Positions 14,701 to 23,500 of a stretch of DNA of 64,000 nucleotides are shown here, in pieces. The DNA lies in assembly GCA_017414435.1 (NCBI GenBank), contig JAFQMN010000004.1, forward strand, positions 10,375 to 74,374. The letters run 5' to 3'. Under the pieces are notes generated by a model that searched no databases, was not told where the DNA came from, and saw nothing but the letters and a program-made list of their open reading frames with translations. A program made the position numbers and the translations under genes. Numbering within the stretch: position 1 is the stretch's first letter; every line of letters starts with the position of its first letter. This DNA is from Oscillospiraceae bacterium. Lineage in GTDB: Bacteria; Bacillota; Clostridia; Oscillospirales; Ruminococcaceae.

Positions 14701-15196
14701 AAATTGTATTGCCAGCACCAGAAATTTGACATGCATAGGCTTTACAAGCAAGTTCTTCGGTAACTGTTATATCGTCACTCAAAGTAACAGCTAAAATAAA
14801 CGGCACATTTATGGTTGCACTGCCTGCCGTTACCCCAGCAACTTCAGCCGGTGCATTGTTCATTGCCTGCTTTAATTCCTCAAAGGTAGAAACAGTTATT
14901 TCTGTTGCTGCTGCCAACACACCTCCTTCTTTTGCTATTGTATAATTGTAACCAATTTCACTATCTCCTAAAGATGTAACAATAGTTCCATCAGATTTAA
15001 CTATACCGGTAGAATTTTCTGCTGCAACAGTGTAGCTAACGCCATCCACCGAACCTGTTGCGGCTTCAGCTTCACCTGCTACACCAAGTGGTGTGCCAAC
15101 TGCAAAAGTTCTACCTGTTCCCAAAGTGTTTGCAAACACTAAAAAAGCCACAAAACTCGAAAGGTGCTTTTTTAGTTTTAATTTTATAGATCTCAT
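11786..15196 (-). CDS. Large secreted surface protein with GGAI-type (polymorphic-membrane-protein-like, predicted beta-helix) repeats, Ig-like middle region and T/S/G linker
   Basis: 1136 aa. Signal peptide MRSIKLKLKKHLSSFVAFLVFANTLG, with AAGGAGGAAG 8 nt upstream of the ATG. Repeated motifs YGGAIYNKG / QGGAILNKG / IGGAVANLG are separated by Cys-containing turns. A homopolymeric T10-S13-(GGS)n stretch follows. I found no LPXTG, S-layer homology or choline-binding motif. Confidence 0.7.
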   Translation of the reverse strand: MRSIKLKLKKHLSSFVAFLVFANTLGTGRTFAVGTPLGVAGEAEAATGSVDGVSYTVAAENSTGIVKSDGTIVTSLGDSEIGYNYTIAKEGGVLAAATEITVSTFEELKQAMNNAPAEVAGVTAGSATINVPFILAVTLSDDITVTEELACKAYACQISGAGNTISRGSDYKGCLFFVESGTILLFNGNETNKIIINGGNVADCSSLILVDTDGSCTIQDTDLKNNKAVYGGAIYNKGRMLISSSEISGCSAEQGGAILNKGVLNGSSVTITGCHAAIGGAVANLGDNANFNTSGFTFAADNYATEKGNQAYTNGTAGVGDSTVLAKSTAASKSDVDIFIETTPITLLANVDATQSGGNPTVFMVKYNQVGNGPKLWRGATAGESVFLNSTGNSYTVAGLDYAGPATLGTNGKLAALLTDLLSTTAPCSGYVGTQVDGSTVVTEYLPVYFKDVASASDSNYSAANSYIINSLTGRTVIAAGSAITVKDSQNANFAKPKSATETTEDETDVDVLAQLRVDKQNGETTKYFDITWGTTPAGFYTLVLRNSSEAIVGIAPFYYDAVEPEFENITYKLGTADAVEVANGSSSVSVTGSVSGGVTLAFDFNDAGVAAVKTIALTHPASSDALSVTNNLSKNPADAPYVNHCKYTTTVAGTYTFKLTDFSGRTNSLTFTVAEPAAYVPTATTTTTTTTTTSSSSSSSSSSSSSGGSSGGSSGGGGGSSSSGSSSGGSTTTTAAPTDTTTITINGRTIRSTSGDFSLTGNGGIFESAESLRRAFNSNIVDGIEIISGEKIPMDEVSWATTATTTAASKTNSSKSLFTTSSNSAGESGESGFEINKENLRKAAGSKETGTMSAAEAKKVYAWLQAWEKKNGKINLDTDMVEKSALLTKAINKNKKLFGNGEDIQIITFGKVQKKLPFTVDVYGAADLISKKLKIDLPCSVYKINRSTGKLVKNMGVYTMDDGVVTFSIDDTKYAYVIEESPLVVEKTKGKYEILNNSGFEMTLADLKAKTKGTVRLVVNDEDSTLLINSADIQASTATATGKLLLQVEKQDATKYKKDAKTNIVLDTGDLGTLGCTTTIYLETEMKKKSITVWGLDSKGAVVKLGKAKTDANGILKITAKAATLKKMGKSKVAK
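12968..13152 (-). repeat. Low-complexity Thr/Ser/Gly-coding tract (TTTTTTTTTTSSSSSSSSSSSSSGGSSGGSSGGGGGSSSSGSSSGGSTTTT)
   Basis: Read directly from the translation of 11786..15196. The DNA here is locally GC-rich and repetitive (GCCGCCAGAGCT units, GGTGGTTGTTGTAGTTGTTGTAG). Confidence 0.9.
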
Positions 15197-15330
15197 TTGA
15201 TTTACTTCCTCCTTGTTTTAATTTTAGTTTAAATTTTACTTAAAGAATAAGATCTAAAGCTAAAAGTACAACTACCCTCCCCCGCACCAAAAATTGTTAA
15301 CAAAACCAAAACTAATCTCGTTACTAGCAA

Positions 15331-15359
15331 AGTATACCACATATTTCCAAAAAAATCAA
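15331..15359 (-). promoter_or_regulatory. Candidate sigma-A promoter (extended -10) of the surface-protein gene
   Basis: Minus strand: TTGATT (15359-15354), a 17-nt spacer, then TGG-TATACT (-10 at 15336-15331). This implies a 5' UTR of about 125-130 nt. Confidence 0.5.
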
Positions 15360-15538
15360 TTCTTTCTGTTAATTTTTTATTAATTTTTATTGTTTTCGTG
15401 TCTTGTGGCCTTTTAGTTATCTTTAATAAAATAATTCTCTTGCTCCATTCTAGCGTTTCTTGCTCCAAAATAACCTGACTTCTCCCCCATATTAAATATA
15501 ATTCTTCTTACGCAAAGTTACGAGATAATTTAATCAAA

Positions 15539-15652
15539 TTTTAAAAAAGTACAAAAAACGAATCTTCAGCTTATGAATTTAAATATAACTATAACCACAC
15601 CCTGCTGCGCGAGGTGGTTATATATAGTGGATTTTTAAAAAAGTACAAAAAA
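15539..15652. repeat. 20-nt direct repeat TTTTAAAAAAGTACAAAAAA (2 copies, 94 nt apart) flanking a short hairpin
   Basis: Copies at 15539-15558 and 15633-15652. Between them lies ATAACCAC-N14-GTGGTTAT (about 15591-15620). Confidence 0.9.
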
Positions 15653-15689
15653 AGTGGAGTTTATGGCTTTATTAAAATAAAAATTTAAT

Positions 15690-15709
15690 TTTGTTCCACG
15701 TGGAACAAA
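15690..15709. other. Perfect 20-bp palindrome TTTGTTCCACGTGGAACAAA
   Basis: Read directly. It lies in the uvrB / surface-protein intergenic region, about 70 nt downstream of the uvrB stop. Confidence 0.95.
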
Positions 15710-15730
15710 TGTTAATAACTTTTTTGTGCG

Positions 15731-15760
15731 TAAAAAATCACCCCCGACATAAACGAGGGC
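15731..15760 (-). terminator. Probable intrinsic terminator of uvrB
   Basis: Minus strand reads GCCCTCG-TTTATGT-CGGGGGT (includes G-U pairs) followed by GATTTTTT, about 20 nt after the uvrB stop. The stem is short. Confidence 0.4.
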
Positions 15761-15779
15761 TTTTTATTCAATTAATTTT

Positions 15780-17750
15780 TTATTCTTCTTTTAACTTTGC
15801 AATCATATCTCTTAAATGTGCCGCATGCTCGAATTCAAGCAATTTTGCGGCCTTTTTCATTTCTTTTTCTAGCTTTTTAATCAATTTGAGTTTTTCTGCC
15901 ACACTTAAGTTTTTCTCACTCTTTAAAGCCTTTTCTGCCTCTTCCGTTTCGTGCGAAATCTCTAAAATATCTCGAATGTCTTTTTTAATAGTTTGCGGCA
16001 CAATATTATGCTCTTCGTTATACTTCCGCTGAATGCTTCTTCTGCGCCTTGTTTCTTCTATTGCAGAGGCCATTGAATCTGTAATTTTATCTGCATACAT
16101 AATAACCTGACCATTTGCATTTCTGGCTGCTCTGCCAATTGTTTGAATCAGTGATATTTTAGACCTTAAAAAGCCTTCTTTATCTGCATCTAAAATTGCA
16201 ACAAGAGAAACTTCCGGTAAATCTAACCCTTCTCGCAGCAGATTTATACCTACTAAAACGTCAATTTCACCTAGCCTTAAAGATCTAATTATTTTTGTAC
16301 GTTCAATAGTCTCCACATCGCTGTGCATATATCCAACTTTAATATGTTCATTCTTAAGATAGTTAGTTAAATCTTCTGCCATCTTTTTGGTCAATGTTGT
16401 TACTAAAATTCGCTCATTTTTTTCTATCCTTAGCTTTATTTGCTCCAATAAGTCTTTAATTTGGCCCTCAATTGGTTTTACAATAATCTCTGGGTCTAAT
16501 AGTCCTGTTGGCCTAATTAACTGTTCAAATATATTTTCACCACTTTTTTGGCGTTCAAAATCATTAGGAGTGGCGCTAACAAAAATCACCTGATTAATTT
16601 TATTGTAAAATTCATCGAAATTAAGCGGTCTGTTATCTCGCGCAGAGGGCAATCTAAAACCATTTTCTATCAAATTGTTTTTGCGCGATGCATCTCCTGC
16701 AAACATACCTCTCACCTGTGGCAAAGTAACATGCGATTCATCGATCACCAGCAAATAATCATCCGGCAGGTAATCTAGCAAAGTAAACGGAGAACTACCT
16801 GGTTTTCTTCCTGCAAGCACCCGGGAATAATTTTCAATTCCTTTGCAAAAGCCCACTTCTTGTAATAATTCCATATCATAATTTGTGCGTTCACGGATTC
16901 TTTGCGCTTCAATTAGCTTACCGTTTTCTTCAAAATATTTTACTTGTTCTTCCATCTCATTTTTTATCTGTTCAATTGCAGGTGGTAGTTTCTCTTTTGG
17001 AATAACATAGTGAGATGCCGGGTAAATTGCCACATGGTCTAACCTTGCTTTTGCCTGACCGGTTATTGGGTTAATTACTGCAATCGTTTCAACTTCATCG
17101 CCCCAAAATATCACTCTAATAGCATTCTCGTATTCATATACCGGAAAAATATCCACAACATCGCCGCGCACTCTAAATTTGTTATGAATAAACTCAATAT
17201 CATTGCGCTCATATCTAATATCAATTAATTTGGCTACCAACTGCTCGCGCGTAATCTTCATATTAGGTCGCAGCGAAATAACCATTGTTCTATAATCTAT
17301 AGGGCTTCCTAAACTATATATGCAAGATACACTGGCAACCACAATTACATCTCTGCGTTCAGAAATTGAAGCCGTTGCACAATGCCTTAATCTATCTATC
17401 TCTTCGTTAATAGAGCTATCTTTTTCAATATAAGTATCGGTGCTTGCAATATATGCCTCTGGTTGATAATAGTCATAATAAGAAACAAAATATTCAACTG
17501 CATTTTCGGGGAAAAACTCTTTAAATTCGCTGCACAGCTGAGCTGCTAATGTTTTATTATGAGCCAAAACTAGAGTGGGCCGCTTTGCCCGTTCTATTAC
17601 GTTAGCGATTGTAAATGTTTTGCCAGAGCCTGTAACTCCCAAAAGTGTTTGTTCTCTGTGCCCGGCAGCTAAAGAATACACTAAATTATCTACTGCCTTC
17701 TCTTGATCTGGGTTCATTTTATAGTTCGAGATTAACTTAAATTCTGCCAA
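15780..17750 (-). CDS. uvrB: Excinuclease ABC subunit B
   Basis: 656 aa. Walker [11 protein letters not shown], helicase motifs (DESH), and a C-terminal UVR motif ([18 protein letters not shown]). TTG start with AGGAGAGAA upstream. Confidence 0.95.
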   Translation of the reverse strand: MAEFKLISNYKMNPDQEKAVDNLVYSLAAGHREQTLLGVTGSGKTFTIANVIERAKRPTLVLAHNKTLAAQLCSEFKEFFPENAVEYFVSYYDYYQPEAYIASTDTYIEKDSSINEEIDRLRHCATASISERRDVIVVASVSCIYSLGSPIDYRTMVISLRPNMKITREQLVAKLIDIRYERNDIEFIHNKFRVRGDVVDIFPVYEYENAIRVIFWGDEVETIAVINPITGQAKARLDHVAIYPASHYVIPKEKLPPAIEQIKNEMEEQVKYFEENGKLIEAQRIRERTNYDMELLQEVGFCKGIENYSRVLAGRKPGSSPFTLLDYLPDDYLLVIDESHVTLPQVRGMFAGDASRKNNLIENGFRLPSARDNRPLNFDEFYNKINQVIFVSATPNDFERQKSGENIFEQLIRPTGLLDPEIIVKPIEGQIKDLLEQIKLRIEKNERILVTTLTKKMAEDLTNYLKNEHIKVGYMHSDVETIERTKIIRSLRLGEIDVLVGINLLREGLDLPEVSLVAILDADKEGFLRSKISLIQTIGRAARNANGQVIMYADKITDSMASAIEETRRRRSIQRKYNEEHNIVPQTIKKDIRDILEISHETEEAEKALKSEKNLSVAEKLKLIKKLEKEMKKAAKLLEFEHAAHLRDMIAKLKEE

Positions 17751-17779
17751 AACCGTTCTCTCCTAAGCCTAATTTATAT

Positions 17780-18493
17780 TTATTTTAAAAGTTCCTCTAA
17801 TGTTACTTCATATGCTTTCTGCATGTCATCAAATTTCATTGCAGAATATGCGAATTCCTTTGTTTTGTTGGCGAGTTTTTTTACTATTAATTCCAAAAAG
17901 TCTGGATTTTTTGCTAAAACTGGCCCTATAAGGTGTGTAGCGAACAAATTATTTTTTTGCATTCCTTCAAACTTGTCATCCGGTGAATTGCCAACGCCTT
18001 TTATAACTTTAAACAGCGGTTTTTCGTTAGATATGATTTTAGTTGCCCGATTTATAAAACCAACTATTTTACTGTTTGTTAACTCACAATCGAATACACA
18101 ATCTTGCATTGTGGGGGTGTTATATGTTTCGTATGTTTCTATATCTAATATGGAAAGTCCTTCCATTTCCTCTCCGTTTTCTTTAACAATTTTTTTGCCA
18201 AATAAAGACATACTATTACCCGTTAACAAAACTACCGCATTTTTTTCAAATATCAGCTTGTTTAATTCATCTGTAAAGTTACATGCCTCTTTTAGTGAAG
18301 CAAACATACTTTTTTCTGTTCCGCTACCTATATAAACAAAGTCAAAATCCCAATCTATCACATCTTTTGGCATGGCTTTAGCAGTTTTAAAGGCAATGTT
18401 ACCCGCTTTTAGTCTGCGCTCAAGTATCTTTATGTTGCCCGTTTCTCCATAAAGATTCATTAAATTATTAAACAAATGTAATATTTTAACCAT
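17780..18493 (-). CDS. gatD: GatD-like CobQ-type glutamine amidotransferase subunit (partner of MurT), with non-canonical active-site residues
   Basis: The N-terminus ILHLFNNLMNLYGETGNIKIL and ...FVYIGSGTE..., ...GKKIV..., ...THLIGPVLAKNP track S. aureus GatD as I remember it, and the gene is adjacent to murT. I chose the start at ATG 18493 (MVKIL). See the finding about the missing Cys. Confidence 0.65.
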   Translation of the reverse strand: MVKILHLFNNLMNLYGETGNIKILERRLKAGNIAFKTAKAMPKDVIDWDFDFVYIGSGTEKSMFASLKEACNFTDELNKLIFEKNAVVLLTGNSMSLFGKKIVKENGEEMEGLSILDIETYETYNTPTMQDCVFDCELTNSKIVGFINRATKIISNEKPLFKVIKGVGNSPDDKFEGMQKNNLFATHLIGPVLAKNPDFLELIVKKLANKTKEFAYSAMKFDDMQKAYEVTLEELLK

Positions 18494-18511
18494 TAAAAAC
18501 ACCTTCTAAAG

Positions 18512-19834
18512 TTAGTTTATTAGCTCTTTAATAACTCGTTCCTGGTCTGCAAGGCAGGTGAGAACAAATAATTTGCCCTGCTTGTAAGTTTTTACCGTAT
18601 TTTTAAGCAATTGAAAATCTGGTTCACAGAAAATTTTCTCTTTAGGAATTTCTGTGGAGTTAAACCGTACCAATAGGTCATAGCAGTATTTACCGCCTAA
18701 AATGATACTTTTTACTCGATCTGTGTTTAGCTCTTCGAAGTCTATATCCCACAACCATGAAGTTTCGCTCGTAAAGTATTTCCTACTTATTCTATCTACT
18801 ACAATCAGCACAGATACATCTTCATTTTGGTTTAAAACATGTGCAATTGAGCAGTTATAAGACATTGAATTTTCGTGTTTAGATATTAAAAGCTCTGCGG
18901 CTGAACCATCAAATACAAAATTTAAAATTCGCCCTGTTTGAGATTTGTGATTGCTTAGAGCCTGTGCCACCTTGCTTTGTTTAACCTCGCAACACGAACA
19001 TGTTACAAAAGCAGCTAATAGATTATATATATTATGAATATCTAAGTTATCTGTTTGAATTTGGAATTTGTTGTTAATCTCAATTGTTCTTGTTTCAATA
19101 TCTACATTAGTAACTGCAAATTGGCCATTAGCACTGCCATTCGAGCAGTTTGTACACTTGAATCTGCCAAGCGAGCCATAGTTTCTATATTCATATTGAA
19201 GTGGCATTTTACAGTTTGGGCAAAATGCTCCGTCATCGTAACTGAGCGTGGGTTTTTGTGATGAAATTGCAGTTTTATTGACTGTATAGTAAATTGCATT
19301 TTCGAACTTAATTCCAAACGATGCAACAATTGGATCATCTGCATTTAAAATTAACTTGCTATTAGGCGAAATACATTGAGCAATAATATCAAAAATCCAT
19401 TCTGGGTGCCTGTTACGTGTAAGCTGATCTCTTAATAGATTTGTAATTAAAAAATATTTTGGCGTAAAGTATTGGAATGTTAATCTGGCATAACGTTCAT
19501 CACTTTCTATTACCAATGCCTGCGGTTTAAAGTTACCTTTAAAATCACAATTGCTTAAAATTAATGTGGTTACACCTTCAATTTGGTTAGAACCTTCTTT
19601 GTTATAAACCGCATTTACACCAGATTTTTTTAGTGTAGTTGCAATCAGTTCCGTGGTTGACGTTTTGCCATTGCTACCCGTTACTGCAATTATATTTTCA
19701 CATAATTTGACTTTTTTAAGCACATCTGGGCAAATTTTTAATGCTAACTTTCCAGGCAGACTGCTAAAACCACCTATAATTGAACCGCAAAAATGCAGTA
19801 CTCTGCAAATTAGTATTGCAATAAACATTCTCAT
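18512..19834 (-). CDS. murT: Lipid II isoglutaminyl synthase subunit MurT (Mur ligase family with Cys4 ribbon and DUF1727-type C-terminal domain)
   Basis: VTGSNGKTSTTELIA P-loop, VIESDE, ITNLLRDQLTR, LNADDP, zinc-ribbon CPNCKMPLQYEY...FKCTNC, and TSWLWDIDFE in the C-terminal domain. Confidence 0.8.
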   Translation of the reverse strand: MRMFIAILICRVLHFCGSIIGGFSSLPGKLALKICPDVLKKVKLCENIIAVTGSNGKTSTTELIATTLKKSGVNAVYNKEGSNQIEGVTTLILSNCDFKGNFKPQALVIESDERYARLTFQYFTPKYFLITNLLRDQLTRNRHPEWIFDIIAQCISPNSKLILNADDPIVASFGIKFENAIYYTVNKTAISSQKPTLSYDDGAFCPNCKMPLQYEYRNYGSLGRFKCTNCSNGSANGQFAVTNVDIETRTIEINNKFQIQTDNLDIHNIYNLLAAFVTCSCCEVKQSKVAQALSNHKSQTGRILNFVFDGSAAELLISKHENSMSYNCSIAHVLNQNEDVSVLIVVDRISRKYFTSETSWLWDIDFEELNTDRVKSIILGGKYCYDLLVRFNSTEIPKEKIFCEPDFQLLKNTVKTYKQGKLFVLTCLADQERVIKELIN

Positions 19835-19878
19835 AATTAATCTCTCCTAACAAAAGCCTTTAAACTTTACTTTTTATG

Positions 19879-20493
19879 CTAATATTTTTTTAAACTAAAT
19901 AAGCAGCCACAATAGTTTTGCCGATATAAGTCATATCTCTTTGAAAGTTCAATAGAGCGTTTATAACCGTCTTTTTTCTTGAAATCGGTACATAAAAATT
20001 CTACATTATAACCTTTAGAAACATTAAAACCAACTTGGTTAATTATTTGTGCATCCTTATGCGGGCTTGTTGTTAAAGTTGTTGTAAAGTAGTTTGAGTT
20101 TATTTCTTTAGCAATTCTAGCTGTTCTTTTTAACCTTAATTCAAAGCATTTTTGACATCTAAAGCTTCCTTCTGGCAATGATTCTAAACCTTTCACATAT
20201 TCTAAAAACTCTTGCTCATTATATTCTGGTGCTATAACGTTTATATTATAACTCATCCTGTTTATTAATTTTTGCTGCTCGTTTTGCCTTCTTAAAAACT
20301 CTTCTTTAGGTTGAATATTGGGGTTATAAAACAACAACGTAACATTAAAATAATCAGTTAACCGCTCTAAAGCAACGCTGCTGCACGGCCCACAACAGCT
20401 ATGCAATAACAAGCTTGGTTTTGAGTTCGCTATTTTTAAGCTTTCTAAATGTTTTTCCATTATTTTTGAATAGTTTTCTTGCAAATTAATCAC
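19879..20493 (-). CDS. queH: Epoxyqueuosine reductase QueH (DUF208)
   Basis: 204 aa. LLLHSCCGPCSS near the N-terminus, CxxC (CQKCFELR), and C-terminal YRQNYCGC are the QueH Cys signatures. Confidence 0.75.
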   Translation of the reverse strand: MINLQENYSKIMEKHLESLKIANSKPSLLLHSCCGPCSSVALERLTDYFNVTLLFYNPNIQPKEEFLRRQNEQQKLINRMSYNINVIAPEYNEQEFLEYVKGLESLPEGSFRCQKCFELRLKRTARIAKEINSNYFTTTLTTSPHKDAQIINQVGFNVSKGYNVEFLCTDFKKKDGYKRSIELSKRYDLYRQNYCGCLFSLKKY

Positions 20494-20514
20494 CTTATTT
20501 TATAAGCCATGAAC

Positions 20515-23500
20515 TTAAAACATAGAAAGTTGGTTACTTTCTGGCATACCTTTAAGTGCTCCAAAAGCACTTAGTTCTGAAACAAAACCACGAGAAATAC
20601 CCGATTTACGTACTAAATCTTCTACTGAAAATAATTTTTCTGTTTTGGCAACTGCTACTAATTTGTTAGCTGCGGTGCTACCTACCCCTTTTAATGCAGA
20701 AAACGGCAAGCGAATACGGCCCTCATCTATTATATAACGTGTTGCTTGGGACTTATAAAGGTCTACCGTAGCAAATTCAAACCCTCTGGCTAAAATTTCG
20801 TAAATTATTTGCAGCATCATGAATTGCTCGTTCTCTTTTGCTGTTTTTTTAATATCTGGTCTATTTAATTCCTTGAATTTTTGTGCGGCGTAGAACTTGC
20901 CATTAAACAGCCAATCATACTCCAGCGGAACATCTTTAATTGACAGGAGTACCGTATAAAACTCTAACGGATAGTATAGTTTGAAATAGCCTAAACGTAT
21001 AGCTGCAATAACATATGCGGCCGCATGTGCTTTTGGAAACATATATTTGATCTTTTTACAACTTTCTATATACCAGTCTGGAACGTTATGCTCCTTCATT
21101 ATTGTTATATATTCTTCATTTAACAAAGTGCTAGCTTTACCTTTTCTAATAATCTCCATAATTTTAAATGCTAAATCTGGTTCTAGCCCCTTTTGCAGCA
21201 AGTATGTCATAATACTGTCTCTTGTTCCAATTACATCCGAAATTGTGCAAGTCTTATTTTTTATTAAATCTTGCGCATTTCCAAGCCAAACATTAGTTCC
21301 GTGTGATAATCCGGATATCTGCAAAAGATCTGAAAAAGATTGTGGATTCGCTTCTGTTAACATCTGCCTAACAAATCCTGTTCCCATCTCTGGCAATCCT
21401 AAGCTCCCTGTTGCACAGTCAATATCATCTAGAGAAACACCTAACGGAGCTGAAGATGTGAACATTTTAACCACGTTTTTATCACTCATAGGGATATCTG
21501 TAATTTTAACACCTGTTAATTCTTCTAAGTGTTTATACATGGTAGGTACATCGTGACCTAATAAGTCTAGCTTTAAAATTGTATCGTGGAGTGAATTAAA
21601 ATCAAAATGCGTGGTTACTACCCCACTATCTTTATCATCTGCAGGATGCTGGACTGGTGTAAAATCATAAACCTCAAAATCACTAGGCACAACCACCATT
21701 CCTCCTGGATGTTGGCCTGTTGTTCTTTTTATGCCTGTGCAACCCAAAATTAAACGTGTTTCTTTTGCTTTACTTACTTTTATGTTGTTTTTTTCTAAAT
21801 ATCTCATTACAAAACCATATGCTGAGCGGTCTGCAATTGTTGCAATGGTTCCTGCTTTAAAAACATGTGCTGAGCCAAATAATTCCTCGGTGTATTTATG
21901 AGCCGTGGCTTGATATTCGCCCGAAAAGTTAAGGTCTATATCTGGTGCTTTTTCTCCATGAAAGCCTAAAAATGTTTCAAAAGGTATATTATGGCCATCT
22001 CTTTTATATTGTGTATTGCAAATTGGACAGTTTTTTTCTGGCAAGTCGTAACCTGAACCTACTGAACTATCTAAAATAAATTCGGAATTCTTACATTTGG
22101 GGCAAACATAGTGAGGAGGTAGAGGGTTAACCTCTGAGATTCCCGCCATTGTTGCCACAAAAGATGAACCAACCGAGCCCCTTGAACCCACTTGATAACC
22201 ATCTTCAACCGATTTAAGCACTAATTTTTGTGCGATAACATAAAGTACTGCAAAACCATGATTTATTATCGCGTCTAGTTCTTTTGTCAAACGTGCTTCC
22301 ACTATCTCTGGCAGTTCTTCGCCATAAGCATCATGCGCCGCTTTTAGGCTATATGAACGTAATAATTCTTCTGCTCCTTCAATTTTAGGTGTAAATGTTC
22401 CCTGCGGTATTGGTAATATTTCTTCTATCTGATCTGCAATCTTTTGAGTGTTATGCACAACAATTTCTTCTGCAACCTCTTTGCTCAAAAATGAAAAATC
22501 TTCCAGCATCTCTTTTGTTGTTTTAAAATAAAGCGGCGGCTGTATATCAGCACCTTCAAACCCTTGTGCTTCCATCAATATTCTGCGGTATATTTCATCT
22601 TTTTTATTTAAAAAATGCACATCGCCGGTTGCAACTACCGGTTTTTTTAATGTTTTGCCAATATCAACAATCTTTTTTACAAAGCTTTGCAGCTCTTCTT
22701 TGCTTTCTACTAGTCCTCTTTTAAGCATAAATATATTATTTTCAATTGGTTGCACTTCTAAAAAATCATAAAATTCAGCAATCGTCAACAAACTTCTTGC
22801 ATCGTTGCCGGATGAAACTGCTCTAAATAATTCACCGGATTCACAAGCTGACCCAATAATCAAACCCTCTCTGTGTTTGTTGATTAAACTTTTGAGCAGC
22901 CTTGGCTTTTTATAAAAGTAATCTAAGTGAGAAAATGATACTAATTTATAAAGATTTTTTAAACCTACTTGATTTTTTGCTAATAATATAACGTGAGAAG
23001 TAGGAAGCCGTTTATATAGTTCTGTGTTAGAAATTGTAATTTGAGTCCTTGCGTTAATATCTGACTGCATTTTAAGCACAATTCTTGCCAGCACATCAGC
23101 ATCATCGCAGGCCCTGTGATGGTTAAAATCACCCACATCTAAATATTCTGCTACGGTATCGAGTTTATGATTTTTAAGTTCAGGATAGAGAATTCTTGCA
23201 ATTTTTACTGTATCGATATAACGTGTTGGTATTTTAATTCCACATCTATTTGCTGTTGCACTAATAAAACTCATATCAAATTTTGCATTATGCGCTACAA
23301 AAATAGGCTCTGTTGAAACATTACAAAAATCCAAAAATTTAGTTAGTGCTTCGTCTTCTTTAGGGGCATCTTTTACCATATCATCTGTAATTCCTGTAAG
23401 CTCTGTGATTCTTTGTGGGATTGGTTTTTGCGGGTTAACAAAAGTGTTAAATGTTTCTAATATTCGGCCATCCATAACTTTGATTGCACCTATTTCTGTA

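Noticed and set aside
15229-15468. A 79-aa minus-strand ORF between uvrB and the surface-protein gene.
   Set aside because: The candidate promoter (15331-15359) of the surface-protein gene lies inside it. It has no SD and a featureless sequence, so it is most likely promoter/5' UTR DNA.
15573-15638. A 21-aa plus-strand small ORF, MNLNITITTPCCARWLYIVDF. It shares the pentapeptide TPCCA with the putative RiPP precursor (..STPCCAIE..) and sits between the two 20-nt direct repeats.
   Set aside because: No Shine-Dalgarno precedes its ATG. It lies 8 kb from the operon on the opposite strand, beyond the surface-protein gene. The CC codons fall in the loop of a DNA hairpin. A 5-residue match is easily chance. 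It would only be worth a look if homologous small ORFs turn up near related rSAM genes.
15690-15709. The 20-bp palindrome considered as an SOS (LexA) box for uvrB or as a Rex/CRP-type operator.
   Set aside because: It lies downstream of uvrB, not upstream. Its half-sites (GTTCC/GGAAC around CACGTG) do not match GAAC-N4-GTTC, and the Rex consensus does not fit either. I kept it only as an unexplained palindrome.
21047-21556. Numerous 60-190-aa ORFs antisense to or embedded in large genes. Examples: 21047..21556, 30446..31015, 28570..29019, 53245..53709, 45938..46375, 17823..18335, 15691..16032, 6216..6431.
   Set aside because: All lie inside strongly supported CDSs on the opposite strand or in another frame. 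They lack SD sequences and have skewed S/F/L/I-rich composition typical of antisense frames in AT-rich genomes.
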